NCBI GenBank assembly: GCA_029263035.1
Contig: JAJCYF010000238.1
Coordinates: forward strand, 1-40,178
Origin: Actinomycetes bacterium
GTDB taxonomy: Bacteria; Actinomycetota; CADDZG01; JAHWKV01
Reading direction: 5' to 3'
DNA length: 40,178 nt
The first letter of the stretch is position 1. The number at the start of each line of letters is the position of its first letter. Position numbers and translations under genes: made by a program. This document shows positions 24,067-31,293 of the stretch, one piece after another. The notes under the pieces are model-generated. The model did not search any database and had not been told where the DNA came from. It worked only from the letters and a program-made list of their open reading frames with translations.

Positions 24067-25156
24067 GCTCGAACTCGGCCACATAGATCTCCGTCTCGAA
24101 GTCCGGCTCCCCCCGGTACCAGTTGAACGCCAGAGCCCTGCCGTCCCCGGTGAAGAAGGGCCGGTCGTACTGGTCCCCGGTGACGATGTTCGTGAGCATC
24201 CGGTCCTGAATGCTCACGACACTCAGCTCCACCTGGCCGGTTTCCACCGAATATCGCTTAAAGGCCAGCGCCCGGCCGTCCGGTGAGATTTCCAGCCCGG
24301 AGAACTCCAGGCCCTCCTTCTCGGGTACCAGCTCGGCGGCGCGGGTGTCGCCCTGCCCTGCCAGCTCCAGGTTGCGGCCGAAGACCACAACCCGGCGCCG
24401 ATCCGGGGTGATCTGGAAGCCCTGTCCCTGGAAGTTCGCCTCGATCACCCCATCGGCGTCCCGAAACGAGACCACCAGGTTGGTGGCGATCACGTACTGG
24501 CCGTTCTGCAACTGGCCGACGTTGAATACCCCGGTGCCCTGCTCGGCATCGAACAGCCTGGTCAACCTTCCCGTCTCCGGATCGATGGAGACAATCTGCG
24601 CCGGGTCGCCGTCGGGGGCATCGATGTGCTGGATTGCCGCGAGAAGCGCCCCGCCCTCCCGGTCCCAGTTGACCGTTGACGGGTTGAGCAGGAATCCTTC
24701 GGGAATCTGCGGGGTGACCTGCACCAGTTCCGACAGCTCCCCGCCCTCCGACTCCCGGGCGACGACCATTTCGGTGAAGAAGGACTCACAGGCGGCCACG
24801 ACCGCGACGCGATTTCCGGAACCCCCCCGGACCAGCCGGCCGCGCAGGGGGCCGGTACCGTTACCCACGAGCGTTCGCTCTCCTCCGTCCAGCGGGAGTC
24901 GGAACATCACCGATTGCGGCTGGCCCTCACATCCGGGCTGGGGGAAGGCGGGGTCGGGTTCTTCGACGTACAGGGCCGTGCCATCCGGCGTGGCGCCGTC
25001 GATCAATCCGGTGCCGAGCTTTTCCGGGGTGGAGAACACGTGGATGTTGGCGGCGGGGCTCGGGGTGGCGTCCGGTTCGAACCCGACCTCCGGCCTGCAG
25101 GCGGCAAGCGCGAGAAGCGCCGCGACCAGGATCCGGACCCGCCTGTGTGTCTTCAC
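24059..25156 (-). CDS. lipoprotein with PD40/TolB-like beta-propeller repeats
   Basis: Signal/lipobox VAALLALAAC. Repeated SPDGRALAF / TGDGRALAF blocks are typical of PD40 repeats. Confidence 0.7.
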   Translation of the reverse strand: MKTHRRVRILVAALLALAACRPEVGFEPDATPSPAANIHVFSTPEKLGTGLIDGATPDGTALYVEEPDPAFPQPGCEGQPQSVMFRLPLDGGERTLVGNGTGPLRGRLVRGGSGNRVAVVAACESFFTEMVVARESEGGELSELVQVTPQIPEGFLLNPSTVNWDREGGALLAAIQHIDAPDGDPAQIVSIDPETGRLTRLFDAEQGTGVFNVGQLQNGQYVIATNLVVSFRDADGVIEANFQGQGFQITPDRRRVVVFGRNLELAGQGDTRAAELVPEKEGLEFSGLEISPDGRALAFKRYSVETGQVELSVVSIQDRMLTNIVTGDQYDRPFFTGDGRALAFNWYRGEPDFETEIYVAEFEPN

Positions 25157-25252
25157 TGTTTCGAGTCTAACCAGCCAGAAGAGGATTCCGGCGGGCTGTG
25201 CAGGCCCCGACGACGGCTAAACTTTCTGCAGGTGAAAGCGGAGGTTGGAAGG

Positions 25253-25684
25253 ATGAACCGCACCGCGTACAACACGATCTCCAGAGTCGTCACTGCGCTG
25301 CACGTCGGGGTCTACCGGGCGACAGGGGGCCGGGTGGCCGGCCGTACGGGCCTCCCGGTGCTCTTGCTGACGACGACCGGCCGCAGGACCGGGCGCCGGC
25401 GGACCAAGCCGCTCGGCTACGTGATGGAAGGTGACGAATACCTTCTGGCCGCCTCCAATGCGGGCAACGACTTTTTCCCGTCCTGGTGGCTGAACCTGAA
25501 GGCCAACCCGGCGGCGGAGGTGCAGGTCGGGGCCCGGAGGATGCGCGTGAGCGCCCGCAAGGCGTCGCACGACGAGCGGGAGAGGATGTGGCCCCGGTTT
25601 GTCGAGGAGTTCAAGGGTTATGCCGGCTACGAGGCGAAGACCGCCCGGGAGATCCCGGTGGTGATCCTGACTCCGCAGCTTTAG
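25253..25684 (+). CDS. deazaflavin (F420)-dependent nitroreductase-family (Ddn-like) protein
   Basis: GGAGG SD before ATG 25253. LLLTTTGRRTGRRRTKPLGY...NAGNDFFPSWWLNLKANP...MWPRFVE are the family signature blocks. The upstream part of tracked ORF 24914.. is antisense to the neighbouring gene. Confidence 0.85.
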   Translation: MNRTAYNTISRVVTALHVGVYRATGGRVAGRTGLPVLLLTTTGRRTGRRRTKPLGYVMEGDEYLLAASNAGNDFFPSWWLNLKANPAAEVQVGARRMRVSARKASHDERERMWPRFVEEFKGYAGYEAKTAREIPVVILTPQL

Positions 25685-26067
25685 GGGGCGATCACCTTCT
25701 CCGGCTGAATCCTCATGATCAAGCGCTCCTCACCGGGCTGGCGGAAGGGGTAGGTGTCCTGACCCAGGTACTTCTTGGCCAGCGCATCGATGTGCTCGTC
25801 CGCTCCCTCGGTGGTCATGCCGACGACCTTGCCCTTGACGCTCAGCATGCTGTACGGGTTCCCCTGCTCGACCACCTCAACCGAGACCCGGGGGTCGCGC
25901 TCCACGTTGCGAACCTTCTGCCGGCCCTTGGCGGTGTTGATGATGATGTGCTCGTCATCGACATCGATCCAGACCGGCGTTACCTGCGGCGAGCCGTCGG
26001 GCTCGAGGGTGGCCAGGTGGCCGAAGTTGGCCTTGCGAAAGAACTGCTTCTGCTCGTCGCTTAACAC
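25681..26067 (-). CDS. PPOX-class (probable F420-dependent) split-barrel oxidoreductase
   Basis: AGGAGG lies before GTG 26067. FFRKANFGHLATLEPDGSPQVTPVWIDVDDEHIIINTAKGRQKVRNVERDPRVSV is typical of the family. Confidence 0.85.
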   Translation of the reverse strand: MLSDEQKQFFRKANFGHLATLEPDGSPQVTPVWIDVDDEHIIINTAKGRQKVRNVERDPRVSVEVVEQGNPYSMLSVKGKVVGMTTEGADEHIDALAKKYLGQDTYPFRQPGEERLIMRIQPEKVIAP

Positions 26068-26126
26068 CGGAATCCTCCTTGTGTTCGCCGGACCTCTACT
26101 ACCCAAGATTACGCATGGCTGGCGCC

Positions 26127-26132
26127 TATATT
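26127..26132 (+). promoter_or_regulatory. -10 hexamer TATATT positioned for a leaderless transcript starting at ATG 26139
   Basis: The TANNNT hexamer ends 6 nt before the A of ATG 26139, and no SD lies between them. This geometry is common for actinobacterial leaderless mRNAs. Confidence 0.45.
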
Positions 26133-26138
26133 GGCACC

Positions 26139-26828
26139 ATGGATCACAAAGAGGTGATGGGTGAGCTCCGGGCGATGGCGAACCCGTCCAATCTGCCCGG
26201 CCAGGCGCGCTTTGGCATCGACATCTCAAACTCTCTCGGCATATCTATGACCGCGCTCAGGCCGCTCGCCCGCCGGATCGGAAAGGATCACGATCTGGCC
26301 CTGGCGCTGTGGAGAACCGGGGTTCGAGAGGCCCGGATCCTGGCCTCGCTCATCGACGACCCCGAGCAGGTAACCCTCGAGCAGATGGATGCCTGGGCGG
26401 CCGGGTTCACCTCCTGGGAGGTGGTCGACGCCTGCTGCTGCAACCTGTTCGACCGGACCGAGCACCGCTACGTCAAGGCGGCCGAGTGGGCGGGGGCGGA
26501 GCCCGAGTTCACCAAGCGTGCGGCGTTCAGCCTGATGGCGGGAATCGCGGTACACGACCGCGGGGCGGCGGACGAGCAGCTGCTGGCGCTTCTTCCGCTC
26601 ATACAGCGGGAGGCGTGCGACCCCCGCAACTTTGTGCGCAAGGCGGTGAACTGGGCCTTGCGGCAGATAGGCAAGCGCAATTCCGGTCTCAACCTGGCGG
26701 CGATTTCGACCGCGGAACTGATCGCAGGGATGGATTGCAGGGGAGCGGGGTGGGTGGCTTCGGATGCGCTTCGGGAGCTGCGGAGCCCGCAGGTTCAGCA
26801 GCGGCTATCGCTCAAGGCCGAAGGTTAG
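26139..26828 (+). CDS. DNA alkylation repair (AlkD/AlkC-like HEAT-repeat) protein
   Basis: MDHKEVMGELRAMANPSNLPGQARFGI...ALWRTGVREARILASLI...WEVVDACCCNLF...NFVRKAVNWALRQIGKRN is the characteristic repeat pattern of this family. Confidence 0.8.
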   Translation: MDHKEVMGELRAMANPSNLPGQARFGIDISNSLGISMTALRPLARRIGKDHDLALALWRTGVREARILASLIDDPEQVTLEQMDAWAAGFTSWEVVDACCCNLFDRTEHRYVKAAEWAGAEPEFTKRAAFSLMAGIAVHDRGAADEQLLALLPLIQREACDPRNFVRKAVNWALRQIGKRNSGLNLAAISTAELIAGMDCRGAGWVASDALRELRSPQVQQRLSLKAEG

Positions 26829-26879
26829 GGGTTTGCCTCAGCTTGCCCGCGATGCGGGCGCCCTGCTAGGTTCAGGTTC

Positions 26880-28130
26880 TTGGCAAGCAGAGCAACCGCT
26901 TCCCCGGCCCCGCGCGCTACCGGACTAACCCGGCCCGGCGATTGGGATTTCGCGCCCGAAATCCCGGAATACCCCCGCCGTGAGCTGCAGTCCGATGCCC
27001 AGATCATCGATCTGGTTTCGCTGCAGTACACCACGGAACCTGTCAAAAACAGTGCATTTCGCGGCATTATTCGTGTGGCCGTGGCCTTGAGCCTCGCCGC
27101 CGGCTGCTCGCTGTACCTCCAGGCGCAGAAAACGGTCACCGTTGCCGACCGGGGGACCGAACGCAGCATCGAAACCTTCGCCCCGACGGTCGGCCAGGCG
27201 TTGAGCCGGGCCGGTGTTACCCTCGGCCCATCGGACCGGACCCTGCCCGCCCGGGACGTGCCGCTCGCCGCCGACGACAAGATCGAGGTAATGCGAGCCC
27301 GGGATGTCGTTGTGGTAATCAACGGCGAACGCAAGACCGAACTGGTAACCGGCCGCACGGTCGATGAGGTCCTCAAAGAGCTTTCGGTGGTTTCCCGGGG
27401 GGCGCTGATCGCCCCGGCGCCCAGCACCCCGGTCGACGCCGGCGACGAGATCGTCGTCGCCCAGTCCGTGGGAGCGACGGTGGTTTACGACGGAAACACC
27501 CAGGCGGTGCGTACCAACGTCCTCACCGCCGGGGGCCTGCTGCGCCAGTTGGGCGTGGTCCTGGGGCCCTTCGACCGGGTCGAGCCCAGCATTGTCGCCT
27601 ATCCGTCGGAGGGGTCGACCATCAGGGTGGTCCGGGTCAACCAGGCGATCGAGAAGCTGCACTCCAAGATCGGCTTCAGCCGCCAGACCGAGCAGTCCAG
27701 CAAGCTGGAGATGGGAGTCCGCAAGGTCTCCAAGCCGGGAGTTGAGGGAATCCGGGAGAACTCCTACCGGATCCTCTACGAGGACGGGAAGGTCAAGTCC
27801 CGGACCTTCCTCGGCGCCAAAACCCTGCGGGAGTCGTCGGCCGAGATCACCCTGGTCGGGACCCAGCGTCCGAGCCTCGGGGCCGCCAGCCAGAGCCAGA
27901 CCGGCAAGGCCTCCTGGTACCACATGCCGGGCCTCATGGCGGCGCACCGCACCCTGCCCTTCGGGACGGTCGTGCGGGTGACCAACGTGGCGAACGGCAA
28001 ACAGGTCACCGTGACCATCCGGGACCGGGGCCCCTACATCGACGGGCGGATCATCGACCTTTCGGACACCGCCTTCGAGCAGCTTTCGCCCACCTCCCGG
28101 GGGGTGCTGAACGTAAAGGTCGAGTGGTAG
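26880..28130 (+). CDS. cell-wall protein: TM anchor + 3x DUF348 + G5 + RlpA-like DPBB (lytic transglycosylase-like) domain
   Basis: Three repeats of the type KTVTVADRGTERSIETFAPTVGQAL. A G5 block (KLHSKIGFSRQTEQSSKLEMGVRKVSKPGVEGIRENSYRILYEDGKVKSRTFL...LVGT). C-terminal GKASWYHMPGLMAAHRTLPFGTVVRVTNVANGKQVTVTIRDRGPYIDGRIIDLS is the RlpA double-psi beta-barrel signature. TTG 26880 is the only canonical in-frame start before the TM segment. Confidence 0.85.
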   Translation: MASRATASPAPRATGLTRPGDWDFAPEIPEYPRRELQSDAQIIDLVSLQYTTEPVKNSAFRGIIRVAVALSLAAGCSLYLQAQKTVTVADRGTERSIETFAPTVGQALSRAGVTLGPSDRTLPARDVPLAADDKIEVMRARDVVVVINGERKTELVTGRTVDEVLKELSVVSRGALIAPAPSTPVDAGDEIVVAQSVGATVVYDGNTQAVRTNVLTAGGLLRQLGVVLGPFDRVEPSIVAYPSEGSTIRVVRVNQAIEKLHSKIGFSRQTEQSSKLEMGVRKVSKPGVEGIRENSYRILYEDGKVKSRTFLGAKTLRESSAEITLVGTQRPSLGAASQSQTGKASWYHMPGLMAAHRTLPFGTVVRVTNVANGKQVTVTIRDRGPYIDGRIIDLSDTAFEQLSPTSRGVLNVKVEW

Positions 28131-28963
28131 GCCGCAGGCTACTCAGCCCGGCAGACATCGGAGAGCTTGCCCGGCGGTACCAGATCGTTCCCACCAAGGC
28201 GCTCGGCCAGAACTTCGTAATCGACCAGAACACCATCCGCCGCATCGTCCGCCTGGCGGAGATCGCTCCCGGCGACCGGATCATCGAGGTGGGCGCCGGT
28301 GTCGGCACCCTCACCCTGGGTCTGGCGGAGGCGGCCCGGCAGGTGACCGCCATTGAGCTGGATCGCAAGCTCATCCCCGCCCTGAACGAGGTGCTGCAGG
28401 GCACCGACAACGTTGAGGTGGTGGTGGGTGATGCCATGGACCTGGATTTCGCCACGCTCGTGGCCGGCGGGCCGCACCGGCTGGTGGCCAACCTGCCCTA
28501 CAACATCGCAACGCCGCTGATCGCCGACCTGTTGCAGCAGCGGCCGGAGATAGAGGACTTCGTGGTCATGGTGCAGCGGGAGGCGGGAGAGCGCTTTGTG
28601 GCGGCCCCCGGCTCCAAGGCATACGGCGCGGTCAGCCTGCTGGTGGCCTACCATGCTCAGGCGCGCCTGCTGGGCAAGGTGCCGGCCTCGGTGTTCTGGC
28701 CGGTGCCCAAGGTCGAGTCCCTTCTGGTTCGCCTCACCCGGATCCAGCCGCCGGCCGACCTGGAAGGACCGGAGTTGATGCGGGTGGTCCGGGCGGCCTT
28801 CAGCCAGAGACGGAAGACGATTCGGAATACTCTGGCATCCGGGCTCGAGATGCAGGTGGGCGAGGTTGAGGCGGCCCTCGCCCGGGCGGGTATCGACCCG
28901 GGGCTACGGGCGGAAGCCCTGGGGCTTCCACAGTTCGCCCGATTGGTGAGGGAGTTGCGGTGA
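28124..28963 (+). CDS. rsmA: 16S rRNA (adenine1518/1519-N6)-dimethyltransferase
   Basis: ALGQNFVID, SAM motif VGAGVGTLT, NLPYNIATP. 279 aa. GTG start overlaps the upstream stop. Confidence 0.93.
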   Translation: MVGRRLLSPADIGELARRYQIVPTKALGQNFVIDQNTIRRIVRLAEIAPGDRIIEVGAGVGTLTLGLAEAARQVTAIELDRKLIPALNEVLQGTDNVEVVVGDAMDLDFATLVAGGPHRLVANLPYNIATPLIADLLQQRPEIEDFVVMVQREAGERFVAAPGSKAYGAVSLLVAYHAQARLLGKVPASVFWPVPKVESLLVRLTRIQPPADLEGPELMRVVRAAFSQRRKTIRNTLASGLEMQVGEVEAALARAGIDPGLRAEALGLPQFARLVRELR

Positions 28964-29865
28964 TAAAAGTACTCGGCAGGGCGAAGGTGAACCTGTGGCT
29001 GGCCATCGTCGGACGCCGGCCGGACGGCTACCACGAGCTGGAAACCGTCATGCAGTCGATCAGTCTGGCCGACACGCTGACCATCGAGCCGGCCGAGCAC
29101 TCCGAGGTCACCATTCGCTGGGCGGACAATCTTGACGGGCCCGTACCGGCCGCCCCCGACATCGTTCAGCGCACCGTGGCCGCGGCCCGGCTCAAGTGCG
29201 CCGAGCGGCCGTCGATCACGGTGGAGAAGAGGATTCCGGTAGGCGCCGGCCTGGGGGGAGCAAGCGCCGACGCGGCGGCTGCCCTGGTGGGTTTGACCCG
29301 GCTGGAGGGACCGGAGTGCGAAGGGTCCCTGGATGTCGACACGCTGGCCCGTCAGCTGGGTGCCGATGTCCCCTTCTGCCTCCGGGGCGGCGTGGCGCTG
29401 GCCACCGGTGTGGGCGATCGGCTGCGCCCTCTGTCCAGCCCGGCCACTCTGTGGTGGGTGATCGGAATCTCCGAGGCAGCCCTTTCCACGGTCAAGGTCT
29501 ACCAGCACTATGACGAGATGGTGCCCACCGGCGGCCGGCCCTCCGGGAACGGCCGGCCGGCAGGCAGCGCCGCCGCCCTCGCAAACGCTCTGGCGTCGGG
29601 CGACATTGCTGCAGTGGCGGCGAACCTCGCGAACGACCTGGAGATCGCAGCCTTTGACCTGATGCCGGGCCTGCGCGAGCTCAAGGGGGCGATGCTTGAT
29701 GCCGGTGCTTTGGGAGCGATCATGACCGGGAGCGGGTCGGCGATCATCGGGTTGTGCCGGGATGAGGCGCACGCCGGCCGCGTCGCCGGCTCAGCGGTAG
29801 GGAGTTTTGCCCGGGTGGAGGTGGTTTCGGGCACCCCGTCGGGCGCCGAGCTGATTCAGGGCTGA
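28960..29865 (+). CDS. ispE: 4-diphosphocytidyl-2-C-methyl-D-erythritol kinase
   Basis: AKVNLWLAIVGRRPDGYHELETVMQ and the GHMP kinase loop KRIPVGAGLGGASADAAA. GTGA overlap with rsmA. Confidence 0.92.
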   Translation: MIKVLGRAKVNLWLAIVGRRPDGYHELETVMQSISLADTLTIEPAEHSEVTIRWADNLDGPVPAAPDIVQRTVAAARLKCAERPSITVEKRIPVGAGLGGASADAAAALVGLTRLEGPECEGSLDVDTLARQLGADVPFCLRGGVALATGVGDRLRPLSSPATLWWVIGISEAALSTVKVYQHYDEMVPTGGRPSGNGRPAGSAAALANALASGDIAAVAANLANDLEIAAFDLMPGLRELKGAMLDAGALGAIMTGSGSAIIGLCRDEAHAGRVAGSAVGSFARVEVVSGTPSGAELIQG

Positions 29866-29871
29866 GGCCCG

Positions 29872-31056
29872 CTACTCGTCGTCGTCGTCCATACCGTTGC
29901 ACTCGAGGTCCTGCCGTTCGCCGTCGAGCGAGCGGAAGTCGATCAGCCCATCACCGTCGTCGTCCATGCCGTTCCTGCAGGCCGGGGCAAACCGGTTCGG
30001 TGAACGGTGCTGCGGACCCGTGGGCGTAGGGGCGGCCTCCAATTGGGCGGGAGGCTGGGCCGGCTCCGTCCGGGGAGCGGCAACCACCACGGGCGCCGGA
30101 GGCGGGGGAGGCGGGGGAGGGGCAGGAGCGGGAGGTTGGGGCGGGCTCTGCACCTGGCCGGCCGCTGCCGGCTCGGCTGCGGCGGGAGCGGCCGGAGTCC
30201 TCGGGGTCACGTTGGTGGCCGCCAGCCGTCCCAGAGGATTGAGCTGGAAGCCGCCGGCAAGCTGGTCCTCCTGAGCGTAGGCGGCGCCGGCATCTCCGGC
30301 CGGCAGCGGGATCTTGACCGAAACCCTTTCCGTATGTTCGGTGAGGGTTGCCGTTACCACCAGGCGCTTGTCGTCACCGAGTGAGGGTGCCGTGGTCGTA
30401 AGCACCAGACGCTCCTCTCCGCCGGAGACCAGGGAGGAGTTCTGCGCGGGGCTCACGGTGGTGCGGCCGGTTACCCGGTAGGTGAAACGACCGTCGGTGG
30501 TGGTGACGTGGATGGGGGCGTTGGAGTTCAGCCGGTCGAGCTTCAGGAACGGCGCTCCGTAGGTAGCCCGGAAGCCCGCGACGCCGAAGGTGCCCCCCCG
30601 CCCGGGCATCATCGTGCCCGGGTACTGACCGGGCCCGCGGCGAAGCTCGGCATCACCGGTGCCGGTCACGATGACCTTGTCGACATCGATCGAAGGAATT
30701 TGCAGTACCGCTACCGGCGAGCCGGCGGCCGGGGCAGGCTGTTCGGGCAGGAACTGTACGGGGGCGGCGATCTGCCCCTCTCCCACCGGCTGGTTGGCCA
30801 GCGGCACCGGGGCGGCCACCATGCCGGCGAGGAACTGCCTGCGCAGGGCCTCCTGGGCGGACCTTTCGACCGAGTCGGTTTGGCGAAGCGCCAGGATGCC
30901 GACCGACGCCCCCACGGAAATAGCCATGCCCAACATCACTGCCGTGACGATCAGCCCCCGCGAGTGCGGGATGTGAAAGCGAAGTCGCCGGGGAAGCCGG
31001 ACGCTCGGTACGTACAGGCGGCGGGTGCTCGCGCTGATGAAGCCCATTGAAGCCAT
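29872..31056 (-). CDS. sortase-fold (class E-like) membrane protein lacking the catalytic His and Cys, with Pro-rich linker and acidic Cys/DDDGDG C-terminal module
   Basis: TM GLIVTAVMLGMAISVGASVGILAL. Sortase core LQIPSIDVDKVIVTGTGDAELRRGPGQYPGT...FGVAGFRATYGAPFLKLDRL...RFTYRV...RLVLTTTAPSLGDDKRLVVTATL. AGFR occupies the position of the conserved AGHR, and LTTTAP the position of TLxTC-xP. The C-terminus is PPAPAPPPPPPPPAP...CRNGMDDDGDGLIDF...CNGMDDDDE. The start was trimmed to ATG 31056 because the tracked start 31236 overlaps tRNA-Gln. Confidence 0.75.
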   Translation of the reverse strand: MASMGFISASTRRLYVPSVRLPRRLRFHIPHSRGLIVTAVMLGMAISVGASVGILALRQTDSVERSAQEALRRQFLAGMVAAPVPLANQPVGEGQIAAPVQFLPEQPAPAAGSPVAVLQIPSIDVDKVIVTGTGDAELRRGPGQYPGTMMPGRGGTFGVAGFRATYGAPFLKLDRLNSNAPIHVTTTDGRFTYRVTGRTTVSPAQNSSLVSGGEERLVLTTTAPSLGDDKRLVVTATLTEHTERVSVKIPLPAGDAGAAYAQEDQLAGGFQLNPLGRLAATNVTPRTPAAPAAAEPAAAGQVQSPPQPPAPAPPPPPPPPAPVVVAAPRTEPAQPPAQLEAAPTPTGPQHRSPNRFAPACRNGMDDDGDGLIDFRSLDGERQDLECNGMDDDDE

Positions 31057-31212
31057 TAATAGGTTCCAGGAGGGACGGTACCCGCGCAAAACCTGCTCCG
31101 AGACTTCTCGCACTGCATCGAGAGTAGTTTTTTCCCAGGGACCGGTCAATCCCCGGAGTCGGGACAGTGGACCGACGGTGTTAAATGGAGTGAGAGGACG
31201 AATGCCGCCCTT

Positions 31213-31283
31213 TCCGGGATAGTGTAATGGCAGCACCAGGGTCTTTGGATCCCTTAGTCAAGGTTCGAATCCTTGTCCCGGAG
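31213..31283 (+). tRNA. tRNA-Gln (anticodon TTG)
   Basis: Hand-folded cloverleaf. Acceptor TCCGGGA/TCCCGGA, D arm GTGT-AATGGCA-GCAC, anticodon arm AGGGT-CTTTGGA-TCCCT (one T-T at 31:39), variable TAGT, T arm CAAGG-TTCGAAT-CCTTG, discriminator G. CCA is not encoded. Confidence 0.88.
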
Positions 31284-31293
31284 CGTGAGATCG

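Noticed and set aside
26312-26327. A second LexA-like site, GAGAAC-cggg-GTTCGA.
   Set aside because: It has two mismatches in the left arm and lies about 175 bp inside the AlkD-like coding region. It is probably a chance occurrence.
26829-27060. A possible cyclic-di-AMP (ydaO-type) or other riboswitch upstream of the cell-wall hydrolase-like gene. Such riboswitches regulate some actinobacterial rpf and wall-hydrolase genes.
   Set aside because: I could not find the conserved ydaO blocks (for example GGGGUGAAUC or CCGAACCCG-CAGCUAACCUCGUAAGCG). Only a simple 9-bp hairpin is present. An Infernal scan would be decisive.
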